Positions 38,313-48,779 are shown, counted from the first letter of the stretch. The stretch: DNA of 64,000 nt from Schlesneria sp. (GCA_043733345.1 JAYTGQ010000391.1:757-64756), one strand, 5' to 3'. Translations and numbers: made by a program. Notes: a model not told the origin generated them from the sequence alone.

Positions 38313-39425
38313 ATGCGACGCATTGCGTTTTTATCGACATCCACGCTGGCACTGGTCGCGCTCTGTTTTGGTGCGAGCGAGGAGCCGGCGGCACTTAAAC
38401 CGGCCTCCCCCAAACCAGCCGTCAAGGCGGGCACTCCACCAGCAGCCAGTGCCGTGGTGAAGCCGTCCGAAAAGCCGGCGGCTCCACCAACCGATACGGC
38501 GAGAATAAAACCGAGCGCCAATGTTGCTGAGCAGAAGCCATCAACACGGCTGCCCACCAACGAACGCTCGAACGACGAAGTAGCCATCCGTCAAACCGGC
38601 GAGTCGTTCGTCAAGGCGTATTGCGCTGCGGACGCCAAGGCGATCGCGGCTCATTTCACGCCAGACGCCGAATATATTGACGAGCGGGGGAATGTCTATC
38701 AGGGCCGCGCAGAGATTGAAGCGGCGTTGACCGCTTGCTTCTCCAAAAACGTCGGTTGCCAGATCGAGATGGAGATTGACTCGATTCGTTTCATCAGTCC
38801 CGGCGTGGCAGTCGAGGATGGAACGACGACGGTCACGCCGACAGACGGTGAGGAGCCTGCCTATAGCCGCTACACCGCCGTCCATGTGAAGACCGATGGC
38901 AAGTGGCTCGCCGCCAGCGTGCGCGACCATGCTCCGAAGGGTCGTCGGCAGCATCGCACACAACTCCGGCAACTCGGGTGGCTCGAAGGGGAGTGGGTCG
39001 ATGAAGGTGACGATTCTGTGGTGTTCTTTTCGTGCGAGTCGATAGACAACGGCAACTTTTTGCTGCGCAAGTTCACGATTCAAGTCGCTGGACGTGAGGC
39101 CATGAGCGGCACACAGCGCATCGGCTGGGATTCGCTGACTGGCAAGCTGCGGGCGTGGATCTTCGACTCAGAAGGTGGCTATAGCGACGGCGTCTGGCAC
39201 CGCGACGACGAACGCTGGGTGCTCAAGTCCACCGGCGTGACGGCCGACGGCCAGACCGCATCGAGTACGAGCATCTATACGTTCGTGAACGACCACACGA
39301 TGACGTGGCAGTCCGTGGATCATGAGATCGCCGGCGTGCAGCTTCCCGACAGTGGACTGGTGACGATCGTGCGCCGGGCACCGATGCCGGAGTTGAACGA
39401 CAACCCTGTGTCGAGTTTGAAATGA
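38313..39425 (+). CDS. SgcJ/EcaC (SnoaL/NTF2-like, DUF4440) secreted protein
   Basis: Signal peptide; DAKAIAAHFTPDA...GRAEIE NTF2 motif; second domain LGWLEGEW...IGWD...IRAWIFDSEGG. Confidence 0.85.
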   Translation: MRRIAFLSTSTLALVALCFGASEEPAALKPASPKPAVKAGTPPAASAVVKPSEKPAAPPTDTARIKPSANVAEQKPSTRLPTNERSNDEVAIRQTGESFVKAYCAADAKAIAAHFTPDAEYIDERGNVYQGRAEIEAALTACFSKNVGCQIEMEIDSIRFISPGVAVEDGTTTVTPTDGEEPAYSRYTAVHVKTDGKWLAASVRDHAPKGRRQHRTQLRQLGWLEGEWVDEGDDSVVFFSCESIDNGNFLLRKFTIQVAGREAMSGTQRIGWDSLTGKLRAWIFDSEGGYSDGVWHRDDERWVLKSTGVTADGQTASSTSIYTFVNDHTMTWQSVDHEIAGVQLPDSGLVTIVRRAPMPELNDNPVSSLK

Positions 39426-39481
39426 ACCTCTCTCGCCCCGCGCACACGGCGCTTCGCGACAACTCGTTGGAGAACTGAATC

Positions 39482-41416
39482 ATGAACCGGAATCTTTGGA
39501 AAACGCTGTTCGCTTGCGGCCTCGCCGCATCACTTGGCTCGGCCGATCTGTTCGCTCGCGGCGGTACTGGAGGCGGTGGCGGTGGACATGCAGGTGGCGG
39601 CGGCGGAAATGCTGGCGGAGGAAATGCTGGCGGAGGACAAGGGGGCGGGCGGCAAGGTGGGGGCGGCGGAGCCAATGTTGGCGGTGGCGGCGGTGGTGGG
39701 AATGCTGGTGGTGGCGGTGAGGGACGAGGTGCTGGTGGCGGGCAACAACCTGGCGGAGGTGGCCGTGGTGGTTCGCCCTCCAATCCGGGTGGCGGAAACC
39801 AGCCGTCGATCAATCGTACTCCGTCGTTCAGTCAGCCAAGCCCCGGCGGCGGTCAGCCGCGAATTGCTCGTCCGCAGCAGGAGACACGTCCTCCACAATC
39901 GACGATTCGCCCCGGAGCGGGTGCAACGTTGGAACCGAATGCGGGACGAGTTCAACCGGGCGGCGGGAGAATTGGTACCGATCCTCCCGGCGTGTCGGGC
40001 AGAGTCAATGGGGGAGGCTCTGGCGCAGCCGGTCAACCTCGGGCAAACAATGGCCGAGTTCCGAACGGCAACCTCGGAGCCGGGGCACAACTGACCGGAG
40101 CAAACCAAGTACGGGTCGGCGGTCAGTCGCTCGGCGGCAATACCATCAATCTCAATAATCACACTGTCAATCTGGGCCATAACAATTATCAACCCGCTTT
40201 CCAGCGTCACACGCAATATCGCGGTTACTGGAACGGCAATTACGGTCGTGGATATGGCAGCGGCTTCGGTGGTGGATTTGGTTCCGGCTTGGGATTCGGA
40301 CTTGGTTCGAGCCTAGGTTACGGCCTCGGCGGATATGGATTCGGCGGTGGTTATGGAGGCTATGGCTGGGGAAATGGGTACGGCGGATATGGTGGCTACG
40401 GTGGCTATGGATATCGCCCGCTCGGTTGGGGACTGGGGGCTTGGGGACTGGGATCGCTGGCGTACAACAGCGGCTATCTGGGGTACTCGAATCCGTACTA
40501 CAATAACAGCTACGGCTCCTACGGGAACTACAACTATTCGCAGCCAATTCCAGTCGTCTATTACAACGCTCCGACGGTGACTGCGGCCAACACGACGACG
40601 TGCGAGCAAAGTTTGGACGACGCCATCGCGGCTTTCAAGCAGAACGATTACGACGTGGCGCTGGATCTCGTCAACAAGGGGCTGAACCAGTGTCCCGACG
40701 ATTCGGTGATGCACGAGTTCCGAGCATTGACTTTGTTTGCGAAGGGCGACTATCAGCAGGCGGCATCGACCGTTCACTCGGTACTGGCTGTCGGTCCAGG
40801 CTGGAACTGGACCACGCTCAGCAGCCTGTATCCGAGCGTCTCGATCTACACGACACAGCTCCGATCACTTGAAGCGTTCACAAACGCGCATCCGCAGGAC
40901 GGAGCCGCGCGGTTCCTGCTGGCTTACCATTATATGGCCGACGGATATCCCGACGCTTCCGAGCGACAGTTGCAGCAGGTTGTGAAGCTCGTTCCCAGCG
41001 ACCGCGTGGCGGCAGATGTATTGAAGATGGTCTCGAAGCCACCGGCCGATCAACCCGCGGACACCGGGCAACTTCCGACTCCGCAACCTCCGACCGATAC
41101 GACGCCAACTGCCGCGCCCACAGCTAAGCCGATCGACCCCGCAATGCTCATCGGCACATGGCAGGCCGTGCGTGATGACGGTTCGCAGTTCGAGTTGATC
41201 CTCAAGCAAGATGCGACCTTCCATTGGAAGTTCACTCAGAAGGGGACCGTTCAGGAGTTCGGCGGCACCTATACCGTCGAGGCGAATGTTCTGGCGCTGG
41301 AACGCAAGGACGGCGGCTCATTAATCGCGGGAGTGATCCCCAAGGATGCACAAGCATTCAACTTCAAACTGCTGGGTGCTCCCGAAGAAGACCCGGGCCT
41401 CAGCTTCAGCAAATAA
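39482..41416 (+). CDS. Secreted Gly-rich TPR protein
   Basis: Signal peptide, long Gly-rich tracts, TPR helices (AIAAFKQNDYDVAL...HEFRALTLFAKGDY), C-terminal lipocalin-like IGTW domain. Confidence 0.85.
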   Translation: MNRNLWKTLFACGLAASLGSADLFARGGTGGGGGGHAGGGGGNAGGGNAGGGQGGGRQGGGGGANVGGGGGGGNAGGGGEGRGAGGGQQPGGGGRGGSPSNPGGGNQPSINRTPSFSQPSPGGGQPRIARPQQETRPPQSTIRPGAGATLEPNAGRVQPGGGRIGTDPPGVSGRVNGGGSGAAGQPRANNGRVPNGNLGAGAQLTGANQVRVGGQSLGGNTINLNNHTVNLGHNNYQPAFQRHTQYRGYWNGNYGRGYGSGFGGGFGSGLGFGLGSSLGYGLGGYGFGGGYGGYGWGNGYGGYGGYGGYGYRPLGWGLGAWGLGSLAYNSGYLGYSNPYYNNSYGSYGNYNYSQPIPVVYYNAPTVTAANTTTCEQSLDDAIAAFKQNDYDVALDLVNKGLNQCPDDSVMHEFRALTLFAKGDYQQAASTVHSVLAVGPGWNWTTLSSLYPSVSIYTTQLRSLEAFTNAHPQDGAARFLLAYHYMADGYPDASERQLQQVVKLVPSDRVAADVLKMVSKPPADQPADTGQLPTPQPPTDTTPTAAPTAKPIDPAMLIGTWQAVRDDGSQFELILKQDATFHWKFTQKGTVQEFGGTYTVEANVLALERKDGGSLIAGVIPKDAQAFNFKLLGAPEEDPGLSFSK

Positions 41417-41454
41417 ACCAGCGGCCAAGCCGCATCTGGAAGGAGCCTTTCGAC

Positions 41455-41694
41455 ATGTTGAACATCAGTCTGCTGTCCCTGATCTGTGCTCTGGCGAGCG
41501 GCGTCTTCGGCTTCGGAGCCGATGCGCCGCCCGACTGGACCTGGGAGAAAGGCTCATTCTTTTTCTTCCTGCTGCTGGCGGCGGTCGCCTTCGTCGGAAG
41601 CACGATTCGCAGGCCGTCGCTCTTGTGGGAATTGCTGGAAGAATTCCAAGGCAAACGCATTCAACACCCTCATCAGGGCCAGCTCACGGATTGA
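41455..41694 (+). CDS. Divergent DUF1328-like membrane protein
   Basis: AAGGAG RBS; LICALASGVFGFGA...FFFFLLLAAVAF. Confidence 0.6.
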   Translation: MLNISLLSLICALASGVFGFGADAPPDWTWEKGSFFFFLLLAAVAFVGSTIRRPSLLWELLEEFQGKRIQHPHQGQLTD

Positions 41695-41788
41695 CTGACG
41701 AATCAACCGCATGGAGGACACCGCATGAAAAGTATTTAGCGTTTTGACTGTTTAGAACGATCGATCAATAACTCAAAAGGAACGCCCC

Positions 41789-42223
41789 ATGAAATATCTC
41801 CTGTTCGGAACACTCTGCGGAATGGCTTTGGGATGCAATCAAAACAATCCCCCGGCGTCCTCCACTACTTCGACGACAGTACCAGCAACCAAGATCACGG
41901 CGAACCGTCCCACAACAACGGAACCGATGGACCGGACCAACACCGGGGTCAACGTCCGCGACCGTGACAGCACGGCGAAGACGCCATTGGACCAAAACGA
42001 GAACAAGGCTGACATCGAAATCACCGCTGAAATCCGCAAGCGCGTCGTTGAAACGAAAATGTCCGTCAATGCGCACAACGTCAAGATCATCACCCAAAAC
42101 GGGATGGTCACGCTGCGCGGGCCGGTGAAGACGGAAGAGGAGAAGCGGACGATCGAACAAATCGCTCTCACCGCTGCGGGTACCGACAAGGTTGATAATC
42201 AATTGGAAGTCAATAACGACTAA
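41789..42223 (+). CDS. BON domain lipoprotein (OsmY-like)
   Basis: Lipobox ALGC; ADIEITAEIRK...VKIITQNGMVTLRGPV...VDNQLEV. Confidence 0.9.
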   Translation: MKYLLFGTLCGMALGCNQNNPPASSTTSTTVPATKITANRPTTTEPMDRTNTGVNVRDRDSTAKTPLDQNENKADIEITAEIRKRVVETKMSVNAHNVKIITQNGMVTLRGPVKTEEEKRTIEQIALTAAGTDKVDNQLEVNND

Positions 42224-42291
42224 ACGCAGTTGAAGCATCGTTTAAGTCAATTTCAAACCACGTTCATAACCACTTTCACAGGATTATAAAC

Positions 42292-42861
42292 ATGTCCACT
42301 TCAGTTTTTTGCGCGGCGACATCCGCTCAGGCCAACACGATCATTGCCGATTTGAAAGCGGCCGGATTCTCGGGGAACGACATCTCCGTATTGATGGCGG
42401 ACAAGAGCGGGACGCGAGACTTCGCGCATGACAACAGCACCAAGGCTCCGGAAGGTGCCGCAGCCGGAGTTGGAACCGGCGCATTAGTTGGCGGAGCCTT
42501 GGGCTGGCTGGCTGGCATCGGCGCGTTGGCCATTCCCGGACTTGGCCCCTTTATTGCTGCTGGTCCAATTATGGCCGCCCTAAGTGGTGCGGCGATCGTC
42601 GGTACGGTCGGCGGTCTGACGGGCGCTCTCGTCGGCATGGGCATCCCGGAATACGAAGCCAAGCAGTACGAGGGCAAAGTGAAATCCGGAAGCTCGCTCA
42701 TTTCCGTTCACTCCGAGGACAGTGCCGAGACGACGCGTGCCAAAGAAATCTTTCAGCGTGCCGGGGGCCAGGACATCAGCACGGGAGGCGAATGCGCGGT
42801 CCCGGCAACCGATCGTAAAAGCGCCGGTGCGTGCGCAGTGCCATCGACCAACCGTGTGTGA
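42292..42861 (+). CDS. General stress membrane protein (YflT/DUF3341-like, glycine zipper)
   Basis: LKAAGFSGNDISVL...GALVGGALGWLAGIGALAIPGLGPFIAAGP...GMGIPEYEAKQYE. Confidence 0.85.
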   Translation: MSTSVFCAATSAQANTIIADLKAAGFSGNDISVLMADKSGTRDFAHDNSTKAPEGAAAGVGTGALVGGALGWLAGIGALAIPGLGPFIAAGPIMAALSGAAIVGTVGGLTGALVGMGIPEYEAKQYEGKVKSGSSLISVHSEDSAETTRAKEIFQRAGGQDISTGGECAVPATDRKSAGACAVPSTNRV

Positions 42862-43003
42862 AACACAGAAATGCGTTTCCGCGACGAACGGCAACTCTTG
42901 GTGACATCTGTGCCACGAATGTCGGGAACAAGCAGCCACGTCAGCGTGCTGATCCTCGGATCGCTGGCGTGGTCCTTACTGAACTGGAACAACGGAACAT
43001 CAC

Positions 43004-43510
43004 ATGAAACTTAAAACGCTGCACGACCTGTACGTGGACGAACTGAAGGATCTTTATAACGCAGAGAACCAGCTTCTCAAGGCGCTGCCGAAGATGGCGA
43101 AAGCCGCTTCCGATCCTCAATTGGCCCAAGCGTTCACCGACCACCTAGAAGAAACGACGGGGCACGTCGATCGGTTGGAGAAGATATTCAAGAAGCTTGA
43201 CACCAGCCCCAAGGGAAAGAAGTGCAAGGCGATGGAGGGACTGCTCGAAGAGGGTAAAAATCTCATGGCCGAAGACGCCGCTCCCTCGGTGATGGACGCC
43301 GCCCTGATTTCGGCGGCGCAGCGGGTCGAACACTACGAAATGGCCGGTTACGGATGTGTGCGAACCTACGCGAGATTGCTCGGCTACGAGGAGGCGGCCG
43401 ACCTGTTGCAGGAGACGCTGGATGAAGAGGGAACCGCCGACAAGAAGTTAACCGACTTGGCCGAGACGGTCATCAACGCCGAGGCCGTTGCACCGATGGC
43501 CAGCGTCTAG
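43004..43510 (+). CDS. Ferritin-like protein DUF892 (YciE/YciF family)
   Basis: ELKDLYNAENQL...HLEET...CKAMEGL...AQRVEHYEMAGYG...ETLDEE. Confidence 0.93.
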   Translation: MKLKTLHDLYVDELKDLYNAENQLLKALPKMAKAASDPQLAQAFTDHLEETTGHVDRLEKIFKKLDTSPKGKKCKAMEGLLEEGKNLMAEDAAPSVMDAALISAAQRVEHYEMAGYGCVRTYARLLGYEEAADLLQETLDEEGTADKKLTDLAETVINAEAVAPMASV

Positions 43511-43777
43511 GCCGTGATTGCATCAACTCAAGAAAAAGCGACAGTCCGATGTTCTATCAGCAGTACGCCAGTTCGCTCCCCTTGGGAGGCAGTGGTCCGG
43601 AAAGCAGACGCTTTATCGACTTGACGATCGACGCTGTCGCGATATTGTCTCAGACCAAGACTCGCGCGATGAATTGTTTTGATCGCGTACCAAGCGGCTC
43701 GAAGCTCGATCGATTTCGCGATCCAAAAGACCAATGCTGAGACGCACGCCAAGGCGACAGTTTTCTAAAGAATACAA

Positions 43778-43906
43778 ATGGACATTCTCACACAAACGGT
43801 CTTTCCACTGGCGGCGGCCGGTTATTCGCTGGCTTGGCTGCTAGCCGGCGGAGGCTTCTTTGGAGCGGTTGTTATCTTCGTCGTCATGAAGATGGTCGGA
43901 AATTAA
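43778..43906 (+). CDS. 42-aa membrane microprotein (not in ORF track)
   Basis: MDILTQTVFPLAAAGYSLAWLLAGGGFFGAVVIFVVMKMVGN; in-frame from ATG to TAA, in the operon direction. Confidence 0.7.
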   Translation: MDILTQTVFPLAAAGYSLAWLLAGGGFFGAVVIFVVMKMVGN

Positions 43907-43937
43907 CGAAACTTATAATGCCACACAGGAGATCAGC

Positions 43938-44453
43938 ATGATGGAAACGACACACGTGCATCACGAAGCTCCGGCTGTGACGCGGGAAGACTTGGTAGCT
44001 CTGCTGAACGAAGATCTCGCGGGCGAGTATCAGGCGATTATCTCGTATGTGATTTATTCACAGGTACTGAAGGGGGCGCAGTACATGAATATCGCCGCCG
44101 AGCTGGAACGGCACGCGGCGGAGGAGCTGGCGCACGCACTGATTATCGCCGGACAGATCGACTATCTGGGGGGGATGCCACTGGCGATTCCCGATCCGGT
44201 CGAAACGTCAGACAGGGCGGAGGACATGCTGTGGTTCGATTTGAAAAACGAAAACGCGACGATCGCCCGCTACCGGCAGCGAGTCCGCCAGTGTGAAGCC
44301 TTGGGTGAGTATGCCATCGCCGAACAGATTCGCGGCATTCTCGTTCAAGAACAGGATCATCAAGTCGCATTGGCGACGGCTCTCAGCGTGAAGGTTCCGA
44401 ATGTCACACAACTCGAAAATACTTCTTCACTCAAGCAAAGTCCGGCGAACTGA
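43938..44453 (+). CDS. Bacterioferritin-like ferritin domain protein
   Basis: LNEDLAGEYQAIISY...EELAHA...IDYLGG...ENATIARY...EQDH di-iron helices; CAGGAG RBS. Confidence 0.85.
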   Translation: MMETTHVHHEAPAVTREDLVALLNEDLAGEYQAIISYVIYSQVLKGAQYMNIAAELERHAAEELAHALIIAGQIDYLGGMPLAIPDPVETSDRAEDMLWFDLKNENATIARYRQRVRQCEALGEYAIAEQIRGILVQEQDHQVALATALSVKVPNVTQLENTSSLKQSPAN

Positions 44454-44535
44454 AACGTGTCGATTGCGGATTGTGGCCAGCTTCTGATGGAAGCGGATAC
44501 ACCGTGCCGCAGGTTCTCAAATAAAGGTCTTAAAG

Positions 44536-44721
44536 ATGAGGCGACTTATTGCAGCAGCTTTGATTGTCGGTATGGCTTCGATCGGCATGGCTGGATGCAC
44601 GGAGAAGAAGTCATCGACCAAGCAGGAGGTGAAGATCACGACGCCCGGCGGGACGACGACGATTACGACCGAGAAGGAAGTCAAGAAGACCGGCGACAAC
44701 CCACCGGCCACAACCCCTTGA
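44536..44721 (+). CDS. Small lipoprotein
   Basis: Lipobox MAGC; TTPGGTTTITTEKEVKKTGDNPP. Confidence 0.8.
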   Translation: MRRLIAAALIVGMASIGMAGCTEKKSSTKQEVKITTPGGTTTITTEKEVKKTGDNPPATTP

Positions 44722-44797
44722 ATCGGGTGCATTCTGACCGGCGCGTGTTGCGTGCGTGAGATGGCCCGAACACCTCTTCACAAAAAGGAATTGAGCA

Positions 44798-45277
44798 ATG
44801 TCGAATACAACTACGATGCCATGCAGCAATAAGCAAGAGTGGGCTCCGACAGTCGATAAGGCCAAGGAGGTCGCGGACAAAGCTAAAGAGACGGCTGCGT
44901 CTGTAGGTGAGCTGGCCAGTGATGCGGCTAGCGCAGTCGGCGCGATGGCGAGCAAGGCGGCCTGCGATGCCGGTTCGATGGCGAGTCAGGCAGCTTGTGA
45001 TGTCGGCAAGAGGGCGGACAACCTGACCGCCAGCGCGGGTGCTGGCATTCAGCAGTGGGGTGACAGACTCGGCAAGAACGCCCCGCACGAGGGTGTGCTG
45101 GGGAGTGCGTCTCAAGCGGTTGCCAAGGCCGTCAAGGATGGCGGCGAATATTTGGAGGATGCCAAGCTCAGTGGACTCACCGAGGACATCGTCAAGTTGG
45201 TGCGGAAGAACCCCATTCAGGCGCTTCTCATCGCGGTCGGTCTAGGGTGGTTCGCGGCCAGCAAACTGAAGAGTTGA
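44798..45277 (+). CDS. ElaB/YqjD-like (DUF883) membrane-anchored stress protein
   Basis: LEA-like Ala/Lys repeats and C-terminal VRKNPIQALLIAVGLGW anchor. Confidence 0.8.
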   Translation: MSNTTTMPCSNKQEWAPTVDKAKEVADKAKETAASVGELASDAASAVGAMASKAACDAGSMASQAACDVGKRADNLTASAGAGIQQWGDRLGKNAPHEGVLGSASQAVAKAVKDGGEYLEDAKLSGLTEDIVKLVRKNPIQALLIAVGLGWFAASKLKS

Positions 45278-45278
45278 G

Positions 45279-45420
45279 CCATTTCCACTGAAGTTGATTA
45301 TCCGTCGGAACAAACCGCCGCATCGCTGTTGAATGGCATCCTCGGCTATCTCCAGCACCTCGTCGAACAGCAGTTCCAATTGACGCGGCGGGAGGTTGAA
45401 ACTGAACCACCTGAGGTGGC
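45279..45420 (+). pseudogene. Phage-holin-like (YqjE/DUF1469) N-terminal remnant
   Basis: SEQTAASLLNGILGYLQHLVEQQFQLTRREVE matches the family N-helix; no start codon or TM region follows; expected position after ElaB. Confidence 0.55.
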
Positions 45421-45518
45421 TCAACGTCCTTTGTCGTGTAACGGCGATTCGCACCGTTATCTGGTTCGTCGCGATTGGACGGTTCTGGATGCGACACTTT
45501 TACTGAAGGAGATTAAAG

Positions 45519-46268
45519 GTGAAGAATTCATTCGCAAGTTTGGCAGTGATGATGATGGCAGCTTTGGTTGGCTGCACGCAGGGGACTCCCGGCGGGCCGG
45601 GAACGACCAACACGAACGCTCCGAAGCCGACATACGGGCAGGCCGACGACACGTTCAATCTGAGCGTTCCCGTGATGTCGTCCTCACTCCAACAGGGAGC
45701 GCAGGCGGAAGCCACCATCGGCATCAAGCGGGCCAAAAACTTCGACGAAGATGTCACACTCCTCTTCGCCGACGTGCCCCAGGGAGTGACGATCGAACCC
45801 GCCAGCCCGGTGATCAAACACGGCGACAAGGATGCGAAGATCACGTTCAAGGCTGAGGATGAAACTCCACTCGGAGATTTCAAAATCAAGGTCACAGGCC
45901 ACCCGACAAAGGGGGGCGACGCCCAGATCGACTTCAAACTCACTCTGGCCGCGAAGGACACCTTTACGTTGAGCGTGCCGCTACTATCGACTTCGCTCAA
46001 ACAGGGCGAGACGCAGACCGTCTCGATCGGCATCAAGCGAGATAAGAGCTTCAGTCAGGATGTGGCACTGACGTTCGGTGACCTGCCCACCGGCGTGGTG
46101 ATCGAGCCTTCTGCCCCGGTCATTAACCGCGGCGATGAGGAAGTACAGGTCACGCTCACAGCCGCGAACGACGCATCATTGGGGAACTTCACGATCAAGG
46201 TGACCGGCCATCCTGCGAAGGGAGCGGATGCCTTGAATGAACTCAAGCTCACCGTCACCAAAGAGTGA
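45519..46268 (+). CDS. Lipoprotein with two tandem Ig-like domains
   Basis: Lipobox LVGC; two ~100-aa repeats DTFxLSVP...IGIKRxKxFxxDVxLxF...GxFxIKVTGHPxKG. Confidence 0.85.
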   Translation: MKNSFASLAVMMMAALVGCTQGTPGGPGTTNTNAPKPTYGQADDTFNLSVPVMSSSLQQGAQAEATIGIKRAKNFDEDVTLLFADVPQGVTIEPASPVIKHGDKDAKITFKAEDETPLGDFKIKVTGHPTKGGDAQIDFKLTLAAKDTFTLSVPLLSTSLKQGETQTVSIGIKRDKSFSQDVALTFGDLPTGVVIEPSAPVINRGDEEVQVTLTAANDASLGNFTIKVTGHPAKGADALNELKLTVTKE

Positions 46269-46607
46269 CAGGCCACGCGCCCATAACTCTGAATCAATAG
46301 TGGAATAATGTGGAGGGCTCTCCGTTCTGACGGCACGTTTCCAGTTCGCTCCCTCTGGGAGACCGTGGTTCCATCGCCCATACATGAGCGACACCACAAC
46401 AGTCACTGCTGCGACACACGTCAACAACGGATCTCTCGCCCAACAGTTTCGAGGGCGTGCCGAACGCATGGAGCCTGAATCGCAAACACGATCCAGCAGC
46501 ACGCAGCGCGGACCAGATGCTCCGTCAGCCCGAGTGGGTCGGCGGACGACGAACGCATGTTGCTTCCGTTGGAAGGTCCAAACGCATTTGCAATGAAAGG
46601 CAAAGCT

Positions 46608-47183
46608 ATGTCTTACCGTATGTTCTCAATGGCGGCAGTGGCCGTGACGATGTTTGTGAGTTCACCCGCGTGGGCGGCCAAGGATGCCAAGGCCGAGAAG
46701 GATGTCACGCACGACGGCAAGGTCGTCAGTGTGAATGGCAATCAGTTGGTGATGAAGGGGAAGGCCGGCAAGGAACACACGCACACGCTGGCGGCGGATG
46801 CCAAAGTGACTTGCGACGGCGACGCCTGCAAAGCGGCCGACTTGAAGGCCGGGATGAAGATTCGCGTGACCACCAAGCACGATGACAAGAAGGTCGCCAC
46901 GCACGTCGAAGCGCTCGACAAGCACGAGACATTTGCGAACTCGCACGACGGCAAATTCGTCAGCATCGTCGATCACAAGCTGACGATGACAAATCACAAG
47001 GGGAAGGAACACACCCACATGCTGGCCGCCGACGCGACCATGACCTGCGACGGCAAGGCCTGCAAGATCGACCAGCTCAAGGCGGGGATGAAAATCCGCG
47101 TGACCACCGAGAAGGGCGAAGCGGGTAAGGCGACTCATGTGGAAGCCATCGACAAAGATGCCGAGTTCTCACAAGGGAACTGA
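46608..47183 (+). CDS. Secreted protein with two tandem OB-like repeats containing CDGxxC
   Basis: Signal peptide ending AWA; two repeats HDGKxVS...KEHTHxLAADAxxTCDGxACK...LKAGMKIRVTT. Confidence 0.8.
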   Translation: MSYRMFSMAAVAVTMFVSSPAWAAKDAKAEKDVTHDGKVVSVNGNQLVMKGKAGKEHTHTLAADAKVTCDGDACKAADLKAGMKIRVTTKHDDKKVATHVEALDKHETFANSHDGKFVSIVDHKLTMTNHKGKEHTHMLAADATMTCDGKACKIDQLKAGMKIRVTTEKGEAGKATHVEAIDKDAEFSQGN

Positions 47184-47351
47184 AGACACACGGGTGCCTA
47201 ACGCGTGTTACTAATGCAACGCGGGGCGCGGGTTCAAAGCCAGCGTCCCGCGTGCTTCGCCGACGAACTAAAACTGCGACATCGAAGCTTTCACCGTTGC
47301 GAACTGTTGTTCGCAACGACACAACGGACCTTCCCAGGAAAGGGAACAACC

Positions 47352-47516
47352 ATGGGCTTAATACTGCTGATCGTTCTGATATTGCTCCTCGCAGGCGGGT
47401 TGCCACGTTGGAATCACTCGCGCGATTGGGGCTATGGCCCGAGCGGCGGCTTGGGACTCGTGCTGGTGATCGTGCTGGTTCTGATTCTGCTGGGACACAT
47501 TCCTCGCGGCTTCTGA
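47352..47516 (+). CDS. DUF3309 family small membrane protein
   Basis: MGLILLIVLILLLAGGLPRWNHSRDWGYGPSGGLG. Confidence 0.92.
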   Translation: MGLILLIVLILLLAGGLPRWNHSRDWGYGPSGGLGLVLVIVLVLILLGHIPRGF

Positions 47517-47565
47517 CGAGCTGCGTGGCCACCAGGGCCAATGCCTGTTTGAAGCTGGGCAAGCT

Positions 47566-47666
47566 GTAGGGTGGGACCAGCGGCGCTTCGCCGCGCCAGC
47601 CCACCCTGATTTCCAGTGATTGCATGATGGTGGGCCGGCGCTCGAAGCGAGCTTGTCCCACCCTAC
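47566..47666. repeat. GTAG-type REP doublet
   Basis: GTAGGGTGGG...CCCACCC / GGTGGG...CCCACCCTAC; related arm at ~61472. Confidence 0.7.
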
Positions 47667-47826
47667 TTTGAAAAAGGCGCTGGCCCTGCGTGGCCGCATC
47701 GAGCCCTTGATTTTTCCGGTATCCACGGCGTTAACCGCTGGTGTTAGCCGGAGACGCCCGACCCCAACCATGCCGCTCATGAAAAACTTCAAGCTTCCCA
47801 TTTCTCGATCAATCAGGAATCCAACC

Positions 47827-48360
47827 ATGTCCAACACACACACGGTGGTTGCGGTCTTTCATACGCATGAACATGCCGAAGAGGCGATCCGTGACCTTCA
47901 AAAGGAGGGCTTCGATATGAAAACACTTTCAATCATGGGGAAGGATTACCACACGGAAGAGCATGTCGTCGGCTACTACAACACGGGCGACCGAATGCAG
48001 AGTTGGGGGCAGAACGGGGCCTTCTGGGGAGCGCTCTGGGGGACGCTGTTCGGTTCCGCGTTCTTCGTGCTGCCGGGCATTGGTCCGATGCTCATGGCCG
48101 GGCCATTCGTCGCCGTGATCGTCTCGGCATTGCAAGGTGCCACCGTGGTGGGAGGCATCGGTGTACTTGGCGGAGCACTGGCCAGCATCGGCATTCCCGA
48201 GAACAGCGTCGTGCAATACGAGGCCGAATTAAAGGTCGGCAAGTTCCTGCTGATCGTCCACGGGACACAAGAAGAAGTGGCTCGCGCACAACGATATTTC
48301 GATGCCGCAGCCTCGACCGTCACGACGCTGCACACCGTACCAGTCACGATGTCCGCGTAG
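47827..48360 (+). CDS. General stress protein (YflT/DUF1269-like)
   Basis: VVAVFHTHEHAEEAIRDLQKEGFDMKTLSIMGKDYHTEEHVVGYYNTGDRM...GIPENSVVQYE. Confidence 0.88.
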   Translation: MSNTHTVVAVFHTHEHAEEAIRDLQKEGFDMKTLSIMGKDYHTEEHVVGYYNTGDRMQSWGQNGAFWGALWGTLFGSAFFVLPGIGPMLMAGPFVAVIVSALQGATVVGGIGVLGGALASIGIPENSVVQYEAELKVGKFLLIVHGTQEEVARAQRYFDAAASTVTTLHTVPVTMSA

Positions 48361-48458
48361 CCTACTGCGACTCGGTTAATTTCAACGAACGGTAGCTGTT
48401 GGCGACATGCAGGTCGTCGCTCCAGCACAAACAGTTTTCACCTGCGCGAGCAGAAATC

Positions 48459-48779
48459 ATGATTACGAAGGCCGCCTATATCGAGCGACGACACACGTCG
48501 TTGAAGGCTTTGGATGTGGAGATCGCCAAGCTGACGGACTACGCGGAGGGGGCCACTCCGAATGCCGTCCGCCGGTACGACATGGCGATCCGTCGCCTAC
48601 AGCGCACACGCAACAAAGCTGCTCTCAGACTTCGAGAACTGCGCTCACTTCGAGGAGCAACGTGGGCGACGGAAGAGGCGACCGCGGGCGCAGAACATGC
48701 CTGGCGAGACCTGAGACACGCCGTACTCGTCGCGATTTCCGCGACCTACGATGAAGAGCGTGATTCGTCAATACAGTGA
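48459..48779 (+). CDS. Small coiled-coil stress-associated hypothetical protein
   Basis: AYIE...LDVEIAKL...LRELR...W...GAEHAW pattern typical of two-helix proteins in stress clusters. Confidence 0.65.
   Translation: MITKAAYIERRHTSLKALDVEIAKLTDYAEGATPNAVRRYDMAIRRLQRTRNKAALRLRELRSLRGATWATEEATAGAEHAWRDLRHAVLVAISATYDEERDSSIQ

Noticed and set aside
39570-40460. Gly-rich DNA as a tandem-repeat or contingency locus
   Set aside because: It is in-frame low-complexity coding sequence (GGC/GGT codons) without exact periodic units.
45279-45420. Prophage lysis gene
   Set aside because: The similarity is to the YqjE-like holin-family membrane proteins found in stress operons; it is a remnant and no phage genes are present.
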